A stretch of 64,000 nucleotides of DNA, from IMG/VR virus record IMGVR_UViG_2926647115_000001; one strand, 5' to 3'. The notes under the pieces were generated by a model that made no database searches, was not told the origin of the DNA, and saw only the letters and a list, made by a program, of their open reading frames with translations. Positions 46,354 through 56,199 of the stretch are shown piece after piece. Numbering within the stretch: the first letter of the stretch is position 1; each line of letters opens with the position of its first letter. This DNA is from a virus. Taxonomy: Duplodnaviria; Caudoviricetes. Both the position numbers and the translations under genes were made by a program.

Positions 46354-47828
46354 TGGCCGTCTCCGTAGAAGCTGCCGAACTGGGCGAAGTGGCGCCGGTC
46401 GGCGAGGGTGATCACCGCGTGGGAGCGGCCCTTGCGCTGCTTGTCCAGGATCAGGTCGACCTCCCCGGCGCGGGGGTTGTCCCCGCCGGTGCGGTCGCCG
46501 TACTGGGCGACGTCGTGCAGCAGCATGATCACGTCGGCGTCCTGCTGCAGCTTGTCGCTCGAGCGGATGTCGGAGGCCTTCGGCACGCCGCCGGAGCGTT
46601 CCTCCGGGCCGCGGTTGAGCTGGGCGACCAGGATGACGATGCACCCGAACTCCCCGGCCATCACCTTGAGCGATCGGGACACCTCGCCGAAAGCCTGGTC
46701 CTCGCGGTCGGCGCGGGGCAGCTGCATCAACCCGATGTAGTCCACCACCACCACGCCGAGCTGCCCGACGCCGGATTCGCGTCGCACCTGGGAGCAGCGC
46801 GAGCGGATGTGCGCGAGGTTCACGGCCTTGGTGTCGTCGTAGTACATGAGCGCGCCCTCGGTCTCGTACCGGGCTGCGGCCTTGCGCAGCTTCTCCCGCT
46901 CGTAGTCCGTGGCCGGGGTCTTGCCGGTGGCCGAGTCGTGCCGCACCCCGGCGAGGGCGGCGAGGTCGCGGATGTAGAGCTCGCGGCGCGTCATTTCCAT
47001 CGAGAAGAACAGGGAGCACTCGCCGCGGTCGAACACGTAGTGGCGGGCGATCTGCGCGGCCCATGTCGACTTCCCGACACCGGAGCGGGCAGCGACCACC
47101 ACGAGACCGCCGGTGGCGACGTCGAGCACGTCGTCGACGTCCGCGAGCCCGGTGGTCATCGACCCGGGGTCGGGCTCGCCCCAGTGGTCGAGGATGTCGG
47201 TGATCAGCCACGAGGAGTCCGCGGCGGACACCAGCTCTTGGGTGCCCAGGCCCAGCGTCTCCTGGAGGTACGTCTGGTGGGCCTGGTCGATGCGCGAGTC
47301 GAGCGAGCCGATGTCAAGCCGCGACGCCGCGGCCTGCCCCACAGCGCGGGCGAACTCGAGCGCGGCTCGGCGGCGGTATGCCTCGATGACCAGGTCGGCG
47401 TAGTAGGTGGCGTTCGCGGCGACCGACACCCGCTCGGTGAGGGTGAGCAGGTAGGGGGCTGCTCCGACCTTGGCCAGCTCACCCCGCCGTTCGAGCTCGT
47501 CGGCGACCTTGATGACGTCGATGCCGGACACGGACCGGTCGTCGAGGTCGCAGATCGCCTGCATGATCGCCTGGTGCTTGGGCAGGAACAGGTGCTTGGG
47601 CTGCAACAACCGCCGCACCTCCGCCAACGCCGGGTTGTTCATCGCCGCCGGCCGCCCGTCCACGTCGGTGGCCTGGATCGGCATCATCAGCGCGCCGAGC
47701 ACGCTCATCTCGGCGTCGGCCTCAGTGCGGGTGGGGAACCAGCCGGTCGGGTCGCCGGGCTCGTCGTCGCCCGGTGGTTCCCATGGCACGGCGGCCGGGT
47801 CGTCTGTCATGCTGGTCAACGGATCCAT
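46350..47828 (-). CDS. dnaB: Replicative DNA helicase
   Basis: AEMSVLGALM; AARSGVGKS; FSMEM; VVDYIGLM; AQLNR; QQDADVIMLL; KQRKG. Confidence 0.95.
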   Translation of the reverse strand: MDPLTSMTDDPAAVPWEPPGDDEPGDPTGWFPTRTEADAEMSVLGALMMPIQATDVDGRPAAMNNPALAEVRRLLQPKHLFLPKHQAIMQAICDLDDRSVSGIDVIKVADELERRGELAKVGAAPYLLTLTERVSVAANATYYADLVIEAYRRRAALEFARAVGQAAASRLDIGSLDSRIDQAHQTYLQETLGLGTQELVSAADSSWLITDILDHWGEPDPGSMTTGLADVDDVLDVATGGLVVVAARSGVGKSTWAAQIARHYVFDRGECSLFFSMEMTRRELYIRDLAALAGVRHDSATGKTPATDYEREKLRKAAARYETEGALMYYDDTKAVNLAHIRSRCSQVRRESGVGQLGVVVVDYIGLMQLPRADREDQAFGEVSRSLKVMAGEFGCIVILVAQLNRGPEERSGGVPKASDIRSSDKLQQDADVIMLLHDVAQYGDRTGGDNPRAGEVDLILDKQRKGRSHAVITLADRRHFAQFGSFYGDGQ

Positions 47829-47918
47829 TCCTCTCGGCCCCCCTCGGGGCTTCCTTTGGGTCCACAGGCCTCCACCAGGTCCTGGCCGACCAGGTGGAGG
47901 CCGTCCTATGTGTGGGGT

Positions 47919-48533
47919 TCAGCGGCGCGCCTTGCGGCGGTCCTCGCCCACCACAGGCACCACCTCGCAGGTTTCGCGCAGTCGGGACACCACCCGCTCC
48001 GGCAGCGCGGTCGCGAGGTCCCGCGGCTGCGCGTTGGTGGTGTAGATCCCCGGCAGCAGGTTGCGGTACCGGTGGTCGATCAACCGACTGGTGACGTTCG
48101 CGGCGAACGCGGTGTCCCGGGACGCGCCAAGATCGTCGACCAGCAGCAGCTTGGCCGTGGCGTACGCCCGGTACACCTCCTCGGTGTTCACCCCGGGCTG
48201 CGGCTGCAGCGACGCGAACAGGTCCTCCGCCGTGGTCATCGCCGGGACCGCAACCAGCCCGTGGTCGAACATGTAGCGCACGGCGGCGTAGGCGGCGAAC
48301 GTCTTGCCGGTGCCGGTCGGGCCGAGCAGCAGCAGCGAGGTGCCCCGCTCCCCCGCGAGCACCCGGTCACACCAGTCCCGGACGGCGGAGTGCACCGGCG
48401 CGTCCAGGAGTTCCAGGCGGGCGTCGGCGAACAGCGGCGGGATCGCGGCTTCCATCGCCTTCCGCTTCTGCTCGACCACCTCCGGGTCGATTCGGCGGGT
48501 GAGCGCTTCGGTCATGGCTGCGGTTCCTTCCAT
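47919..48533 (-). CDS. DnaC/IstB-like helicase loader ATPase
   Basis: GPTGTGKT; LLLVDDLG; IDHRY..TTN; RVVSRL. Confidence 0.92.
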   Translation of the reverse strand: MEGTAAMTEALTRRIDPEVVEQKRKAMEAAIPPLFADARLELLDAPVHSAVRDWCDRVLAGERGTSLLLLGPTGTGKTFAAYAAVRYMFDHGLVAVPAMTTAEDLFASLQPQPGVNTEEVYRAYATAKLLLVDDLGASRDTAFAANVTSRLIDHRYRNLLPGIYTTNAQPRDLATALPERVVSRLRETCEVVPVVGEDRRKARR

Positions 48534-48546
48534 GTGTTGCGGGGGG

Positions 48547-49476
48547 TTACAGCGGCTGGTGGTAGCCGGACTGGTCCTCGGGGTTGCGGTAGTACGGGCC
48601 CCACCCGGAGGCGTTGCGCAGCTGCCCCGGAGGACCGCCGCGCCCGTAGGCGGTGAGCATCCAGTTCTTCCAGGTCTTCGCCCAGTCGAGCTTCGTCGCG
48701 CCTTGGCCGCTCTTGGACTCCCAGTAGAGCTTGAACTTCTGCGTCTCCAGGTCGTGATTCACGCCGGGAGCGTGCTGACTAGCCCACACGAGCAGGTCCG
48801 GTGTGGGCGCGAAGTCCTCCGGGATCCGGGTTGCTCTCCTGGCCTTCGGCTTGGACGCGCCAGCGTCCGAGCGGCCGCCCTGGACCGCGAACAACGCCGG
48901 CTCCGGCTCGCTGGCGGCCCCATGACGGTTCGGTGTGGGTTCGTTGGTGGGTAACTGATGGTTCTGCATTGGATCACCAGAGAACGGTTCTCGCGTGTTC
49001 GGAGAACCGTCTTCGGATGACCCAGTAACGGTTTTCGGATGATCCGAAAACCGCTGGTCAGGGGGCGTTTTTGGCTCTTCCGAAAACGGGTCCTGACCTG
49101 GGGTTTCGGGCTCCGGCGGGCTCTCGTGGAGGTCGCGGTCGTCGAACTCGGGGAAGTCGGGGTTGCGCCGGTTCTTGCGAGGCACCTCCAGCTGCTTCAA
49201 CAGCGCCATGTTGATCACGTACTTGTTGCCGGTCGCGGTCTTGCGCTTGCGGAGCAGGTTGGCCTCCACACACGCGGCGGTCGCGGCCGACACTGTGCTC
49301 GGTCCACACCCAGCTTCGAGCGCAATGGTGTCGACGTGGGGCCAGGACATGTTCGACTCGTTGGCGTGGTCGGCGAACACCTTCATCACGGCCTTGGCGG
49401 CGAGCCGCGCCCGAGGCGGCAGGGTCGTCCGGGAGAAGTCGGCCCGGCTCACTGCCGTCATGTGGACGATGCTCAT
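48547..49476 (-). CDS. Phage replication initiator (N-terminal wHTH)
   Basis: ADHAN..SWP.V.TIA.E.G; KF..YW..K.DW..TW.NW; sits before dnaC/dnaB. Confidence 0.85.
   Translation of the reverse strand: MSIVHMTAVSRADFSRTTLPPRARLAAKAVMKVFADHANESNMSWPHVDTIALEAGCGPSTVSAATAACVEANLLRKRKTATGNKYVINMALLKQLEVPRKNRRNPDFPEFDDRDLHESPPEPETPGQDPFSEEPKTPPDQRFSDHPKTVTGSSEDGSPNTREPFSGDPMQNHQLPTNEPTPNRHGAASEPEPALFAVQGGRSDAGASKPKARRATRIPEDFAPTPDLLVWASQHAPGVNHDLETQKFKLYWESKSGQGATKLDWAKTWKNWMLTAYGRGGPPGQLRNASGWGPYYRNPEDQSGYHQPL
48978..49092. repeat. Iteron-like repeats inside the initiator gene (candidate origin)
   Basis: GAGAACGG/GAGAACCG, TTCGGATGA x2, TCCGAAAAC x2, near-palindrome TTTTCGGATGATCCGAAAA. Confidence 0.65.
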
Positions 49477-50147
49477 CGGTTCACCTCAACCGCCCCGAGG
49501 CGCAACGCGGCACGCTTCACGAGACCCACCGGATCCCGCCTACCACGGAACTCGAACCACTCCCCGTGGGTGCGGTACCGCGAGAATTCGGCATGGAGCT
49601 GCTGCTCGATGCGCCAGCTTCCCGTGGCGTGCCACAGCACCTCCAGCGGCTTGCCCGAGCCATTTCGCAGCTGCTTCACGCGAGCGCGCACGTCCTTGGC
49701 GATCCCGATCTTCACCAGCGATTCGCCCGGAACACCGATCACGTAGAGGTTGGTGGGCTCGGTGGCCCTGGACCGGCTCGGTTCAGGGGCTTCGACCGGC
49801 TCGGCAAGGGTCTCTTCGTGATCCTGGTGCTCGAGTTCCGCTTTGGCCAGGCGAGCGCCCTCCACGATGAGGTTGCGCACCTCGTCGGGGCTTGCGTCTC
49901 CGCGAACCACGGCGTCGAGCGCGTCCACTACAGCGGCCAGCTCGATACGCCACCGCGCGAACTCGTGGTGGATCCGGGGATGGTCCTTCACCTCCACGGC
50001 ACCGGACTCGTCGCGCACGATCGGACGCGGCGTGGGGCCACCGTGCTCCAACGCGATGTCGTGAATCCACTGACCGCCGATGTAGGCGTGGAAGGTGGCG
50101 GTAGAGATGGGGCCCGGCATGTGCGGGTCCCGCCCGAGGTGCTTCAT
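49473..50147 (-). CDS. GIY-YIG (T5orf172/MUG113-like) domain protein
   Basis: LYVIG..VKIGI..R..QL..E..LH.EF..R..GEWF. Confidence 0.85.
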   Translation of the reverse strand: MKHLGRDPHMPGPISTATFHAYIGGQWIHDIALEHGGPTPRPIVRDESGAVEVKDHPRIHHEFARWRIELAAVVDALDAVVRGDASPDEVRNLIVEGARLAKAELEHQDHEETLAEPVEAPEPSRSRATEPTNLYVIGVPGESLVKIGIAKDVRARVKQLRNGSGKPLEVLWHATGSWRIEQQLHAEFSRYRTHGEWFEFRGRRDPVGLVKRAALRLGAVEVNR

Positions 50148-50191
50148 GGTTCCCCTCAGCTGTGGTGGTTCGTGGTGAGAATGGTGCCGGG

Positions 50192-50449
50192 TCAGCTGGC
50201 GAGCTGGTCTTGCTCGTCGGCCGCGGTGAGCGGGGTGAGGATCGCCTTGATGTCGGACACGCGGACCCGGCGGCGGCCGCTGGGGAGTCGGACGTACTGG
50301 AGGTAGCCGTTGGCCATCCACTTCTCGATGGCGACGCGGGAGACACGTAGGCCGCCGGCTTTGAGGATGCGTTCGGCATCCAGGGCGGAGATCCACTCTT
50401 CGACGTCTGGGGGGATGGTCGGGGTCTTGCGGGTGGTGTTGTGATCCAT
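50192..50449 (-). CDS. MerR/excisionase-like HTH protein
   Basis: VSRVAIEKWMANGYL..RLPSGRRRV..DI. Confidence 0.8.
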   Translation of the reverse strand: MDHNTTRKTPTIPPDVEEWISALDAERILKAGGLRVSRVAIEKWMANGYLQYVRLPSGRRRVRVSDIKAILTPLTAADEQDQLAS

Positions 50450-50476
50450 GCCGCCAACCTAACACAAGTTGCGCAC
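50450..50476 (-). promoter_or_regulatory. Family A promoter (leaderless)
   Basis: GTGCGCAACTTGTGT-TAGGTT-6-ATG. Confidence 0.75.
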
Positions 50477-50542
50477 TTTCGCGCTCAGCTGTTGCGCAGG
50501 TCCTCGATCACAGCAGGTCGCGGAGGGTATGGTGTCTCCATC

Positions 50543-50947
50543 ATGGACCGCAACACCGCCACCGCTCCGCAACACCTGTCCCTCGCGCTCGCCGAGTACG
50601 TCACCGCCCCGCCCTGCCCCGACTGGGGCCGCTGGCGGCTGTGCGCCGACACCCCAGCCCTGTACCTCCCCGCCGACCCGGCCGACCCCGGCTGGGGCGA
50701 CCTCTGGTGGCTCCCGCTCGACGGGTGCCGAACCGCGGAGGACGCCTTCCGCTGGACCGCGCACCTGTCAGCGAAGACCTGGGCCGACAACGCGGTCATT
50801 GGCGGACTCGTCAACGCGCTGCGTGACGTGCTGGGGCTCGGCGACCGCGCCGCGCCGCTGTCCCACGATCAGGTGCGGGACTACGCGCGCCGCGCCGCCC
50901 ACCGCTGGCCCGACCTGGCCGGCGCGGTCGGCCGCGCCGCGGGGTAA
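50543..50947 (+). CDS. Hypothetical protein
   Basis: W..HLSAKTW motif. Confidence 0.75.
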   Translation: MDRNTATAPQHLSLALAEYVTAPPCPDWGRWRLCADTPALYLPADPADPGWGDLWWLPLDGCRTAEDAFRWTAHLSAKTWADNAVIGGLVNALRDVLGLGDRAAPLSHDQVRDYARRAAHRWPDLAGAVGRAAG

Positions 50948-51063
50948 CCCGGCCAGCGCCGGCACCCTCCAACGACACCGGCGTCCGCGTTGGAAGTTCG
51001 GGCCGACGCTCCAACGGGTGTTGCCCCGGTCGCGCCCCTCACGGATGCGGCCGACCATGAGAC

Positions 51064-51978
51064 ATGGCCACCCCACCTCCGCCAATCCCGGTCGCGAAGC
51101 CGAAGAAGGCCGACGCGCTCCCGGCTGGTGGGTACGCCTACGAACCCAAGCTCGACGGGTGGCGCGCGGTCGTGCACGTTCCGGCCGGGGTCGTGCACAC
51201 CGCCAGCGGCGCGGACATCACCTGGCGGGTGCCCGAGATCCTGGACGCCGCGCGCCAGCTCGGCGGCGGGCTCGTACTGGACGGGGAGCTGGTGACCTAC
51301 CGGGACGAGCGGATCGACTTCTCCCCGCTGATGTGGGGCCGCGCCCGGCGCCGCCGCGAGGGCGTGGCCGCCTACTTCGTGGCGTTCGACCTGCTCGCCG
51401 CCCGCGGCCGGGACCTGCGCGAGCAGCCGTACGAGCGGCGCCGCGACCGATTGGCGGCCGCGGTGGCCGGCGGGGCAGGGCTGGTGCAGTTGATGGAGTC
51501 GACCACCGACCTCGAGACCGGGCAGGGGTGGATCAGCGAGGAGTGCGCGACGTATGGCATCGAGGGTGCGGTGGCGAAACCGCTCCGGAGCCGGTACGTG
51601 CGGGGCGAGCGCTGCGGCTGGGTGAAGGTCAAGCAGTACGACACCGAGGACGCGGTGGTGCTCGGCGTAACCGGGCCCGTTGACCACCCCGCCGCGCTGG
51701 TGCTCGGCCAGGCCGACGACGCGGGCGTGGTGCGGGTGGTGGGGCTGTCCACTGTGCTGCCCACGCGGATCAAGACAGTCCTCGCTGGGCGGCTCCGGCC
51801 GGCCGGTCCGCGGCAGAAGGCCCCCGGCATTCTCGGGGGTCTACCGGGGGCCCACGACGCGTTCGAGTTCCAGCCGGTCGAGCCCGGGATCGTGGTGGAG
51901 GTGCTGGCAGACGCGGCGCGGGAATGGGGCCGGTTCCGGCACCGGCCGCGTCTACTCCGCGTCAAGCCCTCTGGATGA
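51064..51978 (+). CDS. ATP-dependent DNA ligase
   Basis: YEPKLDGWR; LDGEL; AFDLL; EGAVAK; WVKVK. Confidence 0.93.
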   Translation: MATPPPPIPVAKPKKADALPAGGYAYEPKLDGWRAVVHVPAGVVHTASGADITWRVPEILDAARQLGGGLVLDGELVTYRDERIDFSPLMWGRARRRREGVAAYFVAFDLLAARGRDLREQPYERRRDRLAAAVAGGAGLVQLMESTTDLETGQGWISEECATYGIEGAVAKPLRSRYVRGERCGWVKVKQYDTEDAVVLGVTGPVDHPAALVLGQADDAGVVRVVGLSTVLPTRIKTVLAGRLRPAGPRQKAPGILGGLPGAHDAFEFQPVEPGIVVEVLADAAREWGRFRHRPRLLRVKPSG

Positions 51979-52740
51979 CCGTTCCTGGGGCCGGTACGCA
52001 CTGTGTGTGCGCCACCCCCCAAGGCTCAGTGATCCGAATAGGACGCCGGCAAAGCCGGCAGCAGCGGTGAGGGCAGTGCTGTAATCGCCTGTGACGACCG
52101 CCAGGGTTACGCCGATCGGAACTGTGATGAGGGCGAACACGGCCCAGATCTTGAGGAGGCGGCGGAATTCCAGGCGGTTGCGCTCGACCTTGCTCAAGAC
52201 TCGAACAGGCGGCCCGTTTTTGTGACGCCGCCACCGCAGCCCGTCGGCGTCGACGAAGGTGAACGTGACCGCACCTGTTGAGGCGTCCACCTCGTCGTTC
52301 ATCTGGTCACGGAACCGTAGTGCCGCGGAAGAGCTCTCGTTCGGGCCGATGACAGGCGCCAGCTGGTACAAGCCCTCGCTCCTGTGGTGGACCACGCCAG
52401 GCCGGTGGATCTCCCAGTCGTTGAGCCGCCATACCAGCGCGTTCGCCGACACATCCAAGATCGCGACTTCCGAAATTGGCAGCTGCCCGTAGTTCCGCAC
52501 TGATACTTCGAGCTGGTCGGCGTTGAGGGTCTCGACGGTATTTACGGTGGCGGCGATCGTCCGAGCTTGCGCTGCCTGCCGGTCGGCCAGTTCCCGACGA
52601 CGCCGTCGGCCTTCTGCAAGCGCGAGACCGAGAGCAACGACGACGGCCAAGAAGCTGGCGATCGCGCCTGCCCACTGGCCCCACGCACCGAAAGTCTCCG
52701 GGTCGGTGCCCCACGGTGGGAGCCAGCTCGTTGCCTGCAC
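51952..52740 (-). CDS. Membrane protein (TM plus beta domain), paralog 2
   Basis: GQWAGAI..VAL; VRNYGQLPI; FVDADGLRWRR; extra C-terminal TM helices. Confidence 0.75.
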   Translation of the reverse strand: MQATSWLPPWGTDPETFGAWGQWAGAIASFLAVVVALGLALAEGRRRRRELADRQAAQARTIAATVNTVETLNADQLEVSVRNYGQLPISEVAILDVSANALVWRLNDWEIHRPGVVHHRSEGLYQLAPVIGPNESSSAALRFRDQMNDEVDASTGAVTFTFVDADGLRWRRHKNGPPVRVLSKVERNRLEFRRLLKIWAVFALITVPIGVTLAVVTGDYSTALTAAAGFAGVLFGSLSLGGWRTHSAYRPQERSSRGLDAE

Positions 52741-52805
52741 GCGAAGATCGTCGCCCCTCCACCATCGGGCGTTACCGCGGACCGGCCGGGCGGGCACGAA
52801 CTCGA

Positions 52806-53369
52806 TCACCCTGGGAGGTGGCGCGCCTCTCCTGGCCGCTGCCAGATGTAGCGGCGGGGCGCGTCCTGGTCCGGGTCGTCGCGGTACCACTGCTTGCCGT
52901 CCGCGTCTGTCCAGCGGATCAGCCAGCCCATGAACCCCTGCGATGGGTCTTCCTGGAGGCGCATCGTGAGGGTGGTGCTTTCCCCGCTCGCCACCACCGG
53001 TTGCCGTACCATAAACCGCTGGGCGGACTCAGGGTTGCCGGGTTCGATCTCTCGCCAGATCTCCGGGTGGACGTCGAGCACAGGGCGGTCGCCGTGGTTG
53101 GCGAACGGGAACTCCATCAGGTACGGGAGCTCATCGTCGGGCATGGCCGGATCAGCCTCCCGCACACCCACGTGGCCCTGCCCGGTGATGACCAGACGGG
53201 CCTGGGCGAGCGACTTCGCCTCCTCCTCGGCGACTCGGCGCTTCTCGTCCGCACTCCGCTGCCGGAGGTTGGCAATGCCGAAGGTGATTGCCGCGAGCAC
53301 GCCGACCGTGTTCGCGATGGTGGCGGCTGTCGCCCACCAGGAGATCGGCTGCACGAGCTGAACGACCAT
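52806..53369 (-). CDS. Membrane protein (TM plus beta domain), paralog 3
   Basis: TM helix; AQARLV; NHGDRPV; WTDADGKQWYR. Confidence 0.75.
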   Translation of the reverse strand: MVVQLVQPISWWATAATIANTVGVLAAITFGIANLRQRSADEKRRVAEEEAKSLAQARLVITGQGHVGVREADPAMPDDELPYLMEFPFANHGDRPVLDVHPEIWREIEPGNPESAQRFMVRQPVVASGESTTLTMRLQEDPSQGFMGWLIRWTDADGKQWYRDDPDQDAPRRYIWQRPGEARHLPG

Positions 53370-53905
53370 CCCGCAACCGTAGGAGGCGTCGATCAGGCCG
53401 TGATCACCGGAGTCGCACGCGGGTGGAAACCGACGGCTGCCCCAAAGCGGACCACTGTGACGCATGCCACATTCGTCGACCGGACACGGACGTTTCGCGC
53501 TGATCGGCCCGACCCAAGGCCCCACTTCACTGCACATCGCGCCAGGTGCCCGCACGAGGGCGGCCTGAGCGCCCTTGTGAGCGGTCCGGCTTTTAAGCCA
53601 GGTGCTCCCCCACGCACGTATTTGTCGGCCGCAGTACTTCTTATTAGAATGGCGCCACCGGAGACCGGCCGGCGCATTCGAACGACCGACTTGACATTCC
53701 CGCCTTGGGGCGTCATCCTCTTCCACATCAGGTAGCAAACCCCTCCCGGCATTACGAGACAGGCCACTCCTGCACTCAAACGCCGGTGTCAGCGGAAGAA
53801 AACCGCAGGTCAACGCGGGTGCGAGCCGCCTGAGCGCCGAGATAGTCTGAAAAACTAATTTCGGCGGATCGTAGTTAAATCGGAATTAGTATAGGGAGAT
53901 TAATC

Positions 53906-54208
53906 ATGACAGTTATCGCTTTGCGGGACGACGACGACAACAACTTCGAGTATCGTCGCAAGAGAATCGGATACACATCCCAGGAGATCGCAGCCATGCT
54001 CGGGGTCACCTACCAGACCGTCCGGAACATGGAGCACGGCCGATGGTCCTACCACACGGCCGACTACGACAGTCTGCTCACTCGCCTGACCGATGATCGG
54101 CGACAGGAGCTGAACCGTGAGCTGCCGTTCGACCAGGACGTGGAGGAGTTCAAGGAGCGGATGCGTGAGCGACTCCAAGGCGACACGGACCGGGGCAAGG
54201 ACCAGTAG
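53906..54208 (+). CDS. XRE-family HTH protein
   Basis: RRKRIGYTSQEIAAMLGVTYQTVRNMEHG. Confidence 0.85.
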   Translation: MTVIALRDDDDNNFEYRRKRIGYTSQEIAAMLGVTYQTVRNMEHGRWSYHTADYDSLLTRLTDDRRQELNRELPFDQDVEEFKERMRERLQGDTDRGKDQ

Positions 54209-54305
54209 TCCCAGGTCAGAGCACGAAAGGGCCCCGCGCTCGACCTCGCAAACGTGCACGCGAGGGAGCGCGGGGCCTCATGTGACCGCCCTCCGGGAAG
54301 CAGTT

Positions 54306-55049
54306 TCAGGCCGCGCCGGTGAACAGGGGCATGGTGATGCGGATCGGCCACTCGTAATGCACGTCGCGGTGGATGTGCATGCCCTTGGCGCGGGCGTCGG
54401 CCTGCTCGGCCTGCACCCGGTACGCGGCGGCCTGGAACCGCTGCAACGCGTCCAGCGGCATCGTGGCGATGCGCGGGAACCGCTCGGCGATCCCCCACGC
54501 GAGCCGGGCCGCGGCGAGACAGTCCCCCGCGCTGGTGTGCGCGTCCTCCGGGGTCAACTCGATGCCGTACGCGGCGCACGCCGGCCCGAGCTGCCGTTTC
54601 CCGTGCCGGGTCGGGTCCAGGCGTCGGTCCAGCACCAGCGGGTCGATCACGTACAGCGTGGAGCCGGCGTCGCGTACCAGCTCGTGCAGCGTCGGGAGCC
54701 CGTGGCGGGCGCACTCGGCGGCGAGCATGGTGAGGTCGAACGGGGCGTTGTAGATGACGAGTGGGGCCCCGGAGATGACCTGGTCGGCCAGCATCCCCAC
54801 GAGCAGCCGCACCGCGTCGACGGCGGGGATGCCGTCAGTGCGGGCCTTCTCGGTGGTGATCCCATGCACCGCGGTCGCCTTCGCGGGGATCTCCACCCCT
54901 GGGTCGGCCAGGATCGTCTCGTGCCCGGCCCGCTCGCCCGGGCGCCAGCTCCACACGGTGCCGGTGACGATCCGGTCCCGCTCGGGCTCGACCCCCGAGC
55001 TCTCGATGTCGAACGCGACCAGCGGGCCGCGGTGCCAACCGTCCCCCAT
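54306..55049 (-). CDS. DEDDh 3'-5' exonuclease (DnaQ-like)
   Basis: AFDIESSG; VHGIT; YNAPFD; DP; AHTSAGD. Confidence 0.92.
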   Translation of the reverse strand: MGDGWHRGPLVAFDIESSGVEPERDRIVTGTVWSWRPGERAGHETILADPGVEIPAKATAVHGITTEKARTDGIPAVDAVRLLVGMLADQVISGAPLVIYNAPFDLTMLAAECARHGLPTLHELVRDAGSTLYVIDPLVLDRRLDPTRHGKRQLGPACAAYGIELTPEDAHTSAGDCLAAARLAWGIAERFPRIATMPLDALQRFQAAAYRVQAEQADARAKGMHIHRDVHYEWPIRITMPLFTGAA

Positions 55050-55065
55050 GCTCCCCTCTCCCTGG

Positions 55066-55539
55066 TCAGGCGGCTGGGACGCGGGTGGCGGCAGCGCACG
55101 TGGCGCGCTGGTAGCCGATCCCGGTGCACGCCTCGAACACGTCTTGGGGGTACACGTCGATGAGGTCCAGGGCGGCGGAGAGCCGGGCGAAGTAGGCGCG
55201 CGGCAGGAGCGCGTACACCTCGTCGCGCCACGCGATGCCGTGCATAGTTTCGGCCTGGCGGGCCAGCTCGGCGGGGGTGATCGACTCCGGGTCGCCGATG
55301 GTGGTGTCGTAGGGGGCCACGACCTGGTCGAGGGTGAGGAGCCCGTGCCGGGCGGACATGATCAGTACGCGGGCGCTGCGGCCGCCCTCGCGGTCCTGGG
55401 CGGCGAGGGTTTCGGCGGTCGCGAGCACGTGTCGGAAGTGCGGGGAGGTGTAGAGGTCCCGGGCCGGCATGGGACGGTCGGCCTTGATGGCGGCGCAGGG
55501 GACGATGTAGGTGACCGGGCGGGGTTCCTCGTGCGTCAT
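55066..55539 (-). CDS. DUF6884-like protein (leaderless)
   Basis: IVPCAAIK..PARDLYTS..IMSARHGL..PYD. Confidence 0.8.
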   Translation of the reverse strand: MTHEEPRPVTYIVPCAAIKADRPMPARDLYTSPHFRHVLATAETLAAQDREGGRSARVLIMSARHGLLTLDQVVAPYDTTIGDPESITPAELARQAETMHGIAWRDEVYALLPRAYFARLSAALDLIDVYPQDVFEACTGIGYQRATCAAATRVPAA

Positions 55540-55568
55540 GTAAACGACTATACCCGCTATTTCGCAAC
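55540..55568 (-). promoter_or_regulatory. Family B promoter (leaderless)
   Basis: GTTGCGA..GGG-TATAGT-CGTTTAC-ATG. Confidence 0.8.
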
Positions 55569-55592
55569 CGTGCGCTGCTGCGGCACTCGCGG

Positions 55593-56078
55593 TCACGCCG
55601 GGATCAGGGTGGTGTCGTCGCCGACCGTGGCCAGCTCCTTGAGCACGGCCGCGCCGACCCCGGAGTGCCGAACCCGCAACGGGATTCCCGCCTGTCCGGC
55701 AAGGAACGCGCACCCGATCGACCCCGGCGAGCGGGCGAGGATGAACGCGATGCACAGGTCCGCGCCGAGGTTCACCATGTGCCGGTTCCGCCGCGGGCCC
55801 GCGGCGGGACAGTATGTCTCCGCCGGGTTGCGCCGCGACGGGCGCCGGTGGCCGGGCTGGCACACCTCAGGGTCCGGGTCACACGGCCCGAACCAGTCCG
55901 CCCGGTGCCGCTCCACCTTGCCGCCCCAGTGGGTCCAGCACGCGTCCGCCAGCGCGTCCGCGCCGCTGTCGCAGCGGCCGTGCACGAGCACGTTGTTCGG
56001 GTGCCACACCTCGGCCAGGGCCTCGCGGATGATGCCCTTGTCCACCCAGTTGCGGGACCCGGTGACCAGGATCCGCAC
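55593..56078 (-). CDS. SLOG-family protein (YspA/DUF2493-like)
   Basis: RILVTGSR; VHG..GADALA; AGPRRN.HM; AF..S.G. Confidence 0.88.
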   Translation of the reverse strand: MRILVTGSRNWVDKGIIREALAEVWHPNNVLVHGRCDSGADALADACWTHWGGKVERHRADWFGPCDPDPEVCQPGHRRPSRRNPAETYCPAAGPRRNRHMVNLGADLCIAFILARSPGSIGCAFLAGQAGIPLRVRHSGVGAAVLKELATVGDDTTLIPA

Positions 56079-56199
56079 GGCTACCCCTGCCGCCAGTACC
56101 GTGGGCGTTGCCGCAACCGCGCCCGCCGCCACATCGACCCGACAGGGTGCTGGCCTACGTGCTCGACGCGCGGTGCGCCGGCCTTGGGTACCCATCCCA

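Noticed and set aside
53393-53779. ORF in the AT-richer intergenic region
   Set aside because: Poor codon bias and no motif; more likely divergent promoter DNA
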